The translations under genes and the position numbers were made by a program. The notes beneath the pieces were generated by a model. The model saw only the letters and a list, made by a program, of their open reading frames with translations. It was not told the origin of the DNA and made no database searches. Positions 15,602-17,227 of a stretch of 17,227 nt of DNA are shown piece after piece (the stretch's first letter is position 1; each line of letters begins with the position of its first letter). Source of the stretch: a virus (lineage: Duplodnaviria; Heunggongvirae; Uroviricota; Caudoviricetes); the IMG/VR virus record IMGVR_UViG_2802429237_000005, positions 1-17,227 of that record; one strand, written 5' to 3'.

Positions 15602-16084
15602 TATACTCTAAATAGCTTATATAGACACATCCCCGATGCAAGCACGGTCAGACAGAGAAAATGGCCTCAGTGCCTTACCCCAAAAGGGCTGACCGAAAGT
15701 GGAACACTATTCCGCGAGGCTATTTAGAATCAGGCTATAAGGCATTCATAAAAAATATCATTCCACACAAAACATTTGCATAGAGAATAAAAAGCGATTT
15801 TTAAACATAAATATATTGCGTTATAAATCACTTCAAATATAGTTTGTCCTTTTGGCGCCCTCATAGACGATGCGAGGAAACAGCATGTTTACTGCCTCAC
15901 TCCTCTGGAAAAGTAAGGTTATCACTAATAAAAATGAGTCAGATAACACGTTACTGTCTGCACGCCACAAAGATAGAGGCTTAAGTAGGGCAACATTCAT
16001 ACATACACTATGCACATACGCTGATTCCTCATTTGCTTATAAAAACTCAATAAAGCAAGGTAACAATAAAAAGGATAATTCATC

Positions 16085-17227
16085 ATGGTTGATAAAATAA
16101 TTTTCACTGTTACGCCAATTTTTTCCATTCCTCCACGTTGCGCTGCTGCTGTAGAAACCTGGATTTATCAGGTTGCTATGATGACAAGAATACCGAATAG
16201 AATTGTTTGTATAAAAGAAGAAGGTTATTCTGATACCACCACTGTCAGTGAACGATGCTCAATTCATCGCATCGGATTCAGTCGAATTTATAAACGCATA
16301 TTTCAGAAATTGACGCGTATAGATCCCCTACCTTACTCTCAACGAATTTTGAATGTCGCTAACGATTTCAATATTACGGATAACAGTGTAATCATTGTAC
16401 ATAATAGCATGAAGTTATATCGTCAGATTCATGAGCGTTCACCTCAGGCAAAAATAGTAATGCATATGCATAACGCTTATGAGCCAAAAGGAATGGATGC
16501 CGATGTCAAAATGATCGTCCCCAGCAACTATTTAAAAAACTATTATCAGGGGTTCCTTCCTGATGCAGACATCGCTATAGTTCCAAATGGCACAGATCCA
16601 TATAATACAGATAAGCACCATGCCAAAATCAACAGATCTGATCTGAACATATCCCCTGACAAGAAGATTATATTTTATGCGGGAAGAATATCTCCTGAAA
16701 AAGGGTTGATGTTACTTCTGCAAGCGTTTGAACTACTCATCAGAACCCATGATGATATAGAACTGGTTGTTATCGGAGATTATGCGAGCAAAAGTAAGGG
16801 TGAAAAAGGAATTTACCAACAGAAAATTCGAGAATTAGCAAAACAACTAGGTTCACACTGCCATATGTTAGGAGGTGTCGCTCCTGAGGAAATGTATCGC
16901 TATTATTCTCTGGCTGATTTAGTTGTTATTCCATCTCAATTTCAGGAGCCATTTTGTATGGTGGCAATAGAAGCGATGAGTGCAGGTAAACCTGTACTGG
17001 TGAGTACTCGAGGTGGAATGATAGAATTTGTAAAAGATAAAGATACCGGCTATCACCTGCAAGAGCCGATGACACCCGAAACAATTGCTGTAGATATAGA
17101 AAAAACACTTAACAATTCTGATTTACTTAGTGTTGCCCATCACGGAAAACAATTTGTCATGGAAAATTATTTATGGTGGCAAGTCACTCACAAGTTTGAA
17201 ACTGTAATTAGCAATTGGTTTGATTGA
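16085..17227 (+). CDS. GT4-family (GT-B fold, retaining) glycosyltransferase
   Basis: 380-aa ORF with AAGGA Shine-Dalgarno upstream. C-terminal domain motifs typical of GT4 enzymes: GRISPEKG, VIPSQFQEPFCMVAIEAMSAGKPVLVS with the E-x7-E signature (EPFCMVAIE). Markedly AT-rich codon usage compared with the tail genes (by eye). Confidence 0.85.
   Translation: MVDKIIFTVTPIFSIPPRCAAAVETWIYQVAMMTRIPNRIVCIKEEGYSDTTTVSERCSIHRIGFSRIYKRIFQKLTRIDPLPYSQRILNVANDFNITDNSVIIVHNSMKLYRQIHERSPQAKIVMHMHNAYEPKGMDADVKMIVPSNYLKNYYQGFLPDADIAIVPNGTDPYNTDKHHAKINRSDLNISPDKKIIFYAGRISPEKGLMLLLQAFELLIRTHDDIELVVIGDYASKSKGEKGIYQQKIRELAKQLGSHCHMLGGVAPEEMYRYYSLADLVVIPSQFQEPFCMVAIEAMSAGKPVLVSTRGGMIEFVKDKDTGYHLQEPMTPETIAVDIEKTLNNSDLLSVAHHGKQFVMENYLWWQVTHKFETVISNWFD

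Noticed and set aside
15577-15700. Integrase, tRNA 3' end or att core marking a prophage boundary
   Set aside because: No tRNA-like sequence (T-arm GGTTCGAATCC or CCA end) and no integrase ORF in the window. The inverted repeats present are short, and without the other end of the element they cannot be called att sites.
15833-16100. Small ORFs (76 aa plus strand, 60 aa minus strand) in the AT-rich spacer upstream of the glycosyltransferase
   Set aside because: Low-complexity Asn/Lys/Ser-rich translations with no convincing ribosome-binding site; they overlap the probable promoter and leader of the glycosyltransferase gene.

Overview
This 17.2 kb window is dominated by one co-oriented P2/Mu-like contractile-tail gene cluster, most likely an SOS-inducible headless phage-tail (R-type tailocin-like) module or the tail remnant of a P2-like prophage. 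It opens with a divergently transcribed Mor/C-family activator gene (1-342, minus strand) and a ~520-bp AT-rich control region carrying a canonical LexA box. On the plus strand follow a lysis cassette (holin-like protein, SLT-domain endolysin with an N-terminal signal/SAR segment, membrane-anchored coiled-coil protein), two small proteins, then sheath, tube, chaperone, tape measure, gpU-like, gpX, gpD, gpV spike, gpW, gpJ, gpI, a tail fiber with tandem repeats and a tail-fiber assembly protein. The operon ends with a translationally coupled 151-aa unknown protein and a terminator, then an AT-rich spacer and a GT4 glycosyltransferase. No capsid, portal, terminase, integrase, transposase or replication gene is present in the window. 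Intrinsic terminators and recurring promoter-like motifs split the cluster into lysis, tail-core and baseplate/fiber units. All family assignments come from recognising motifs and recalled sequence patterns in the supplied translations; no database search or computation was run, and GC statements are by eye.
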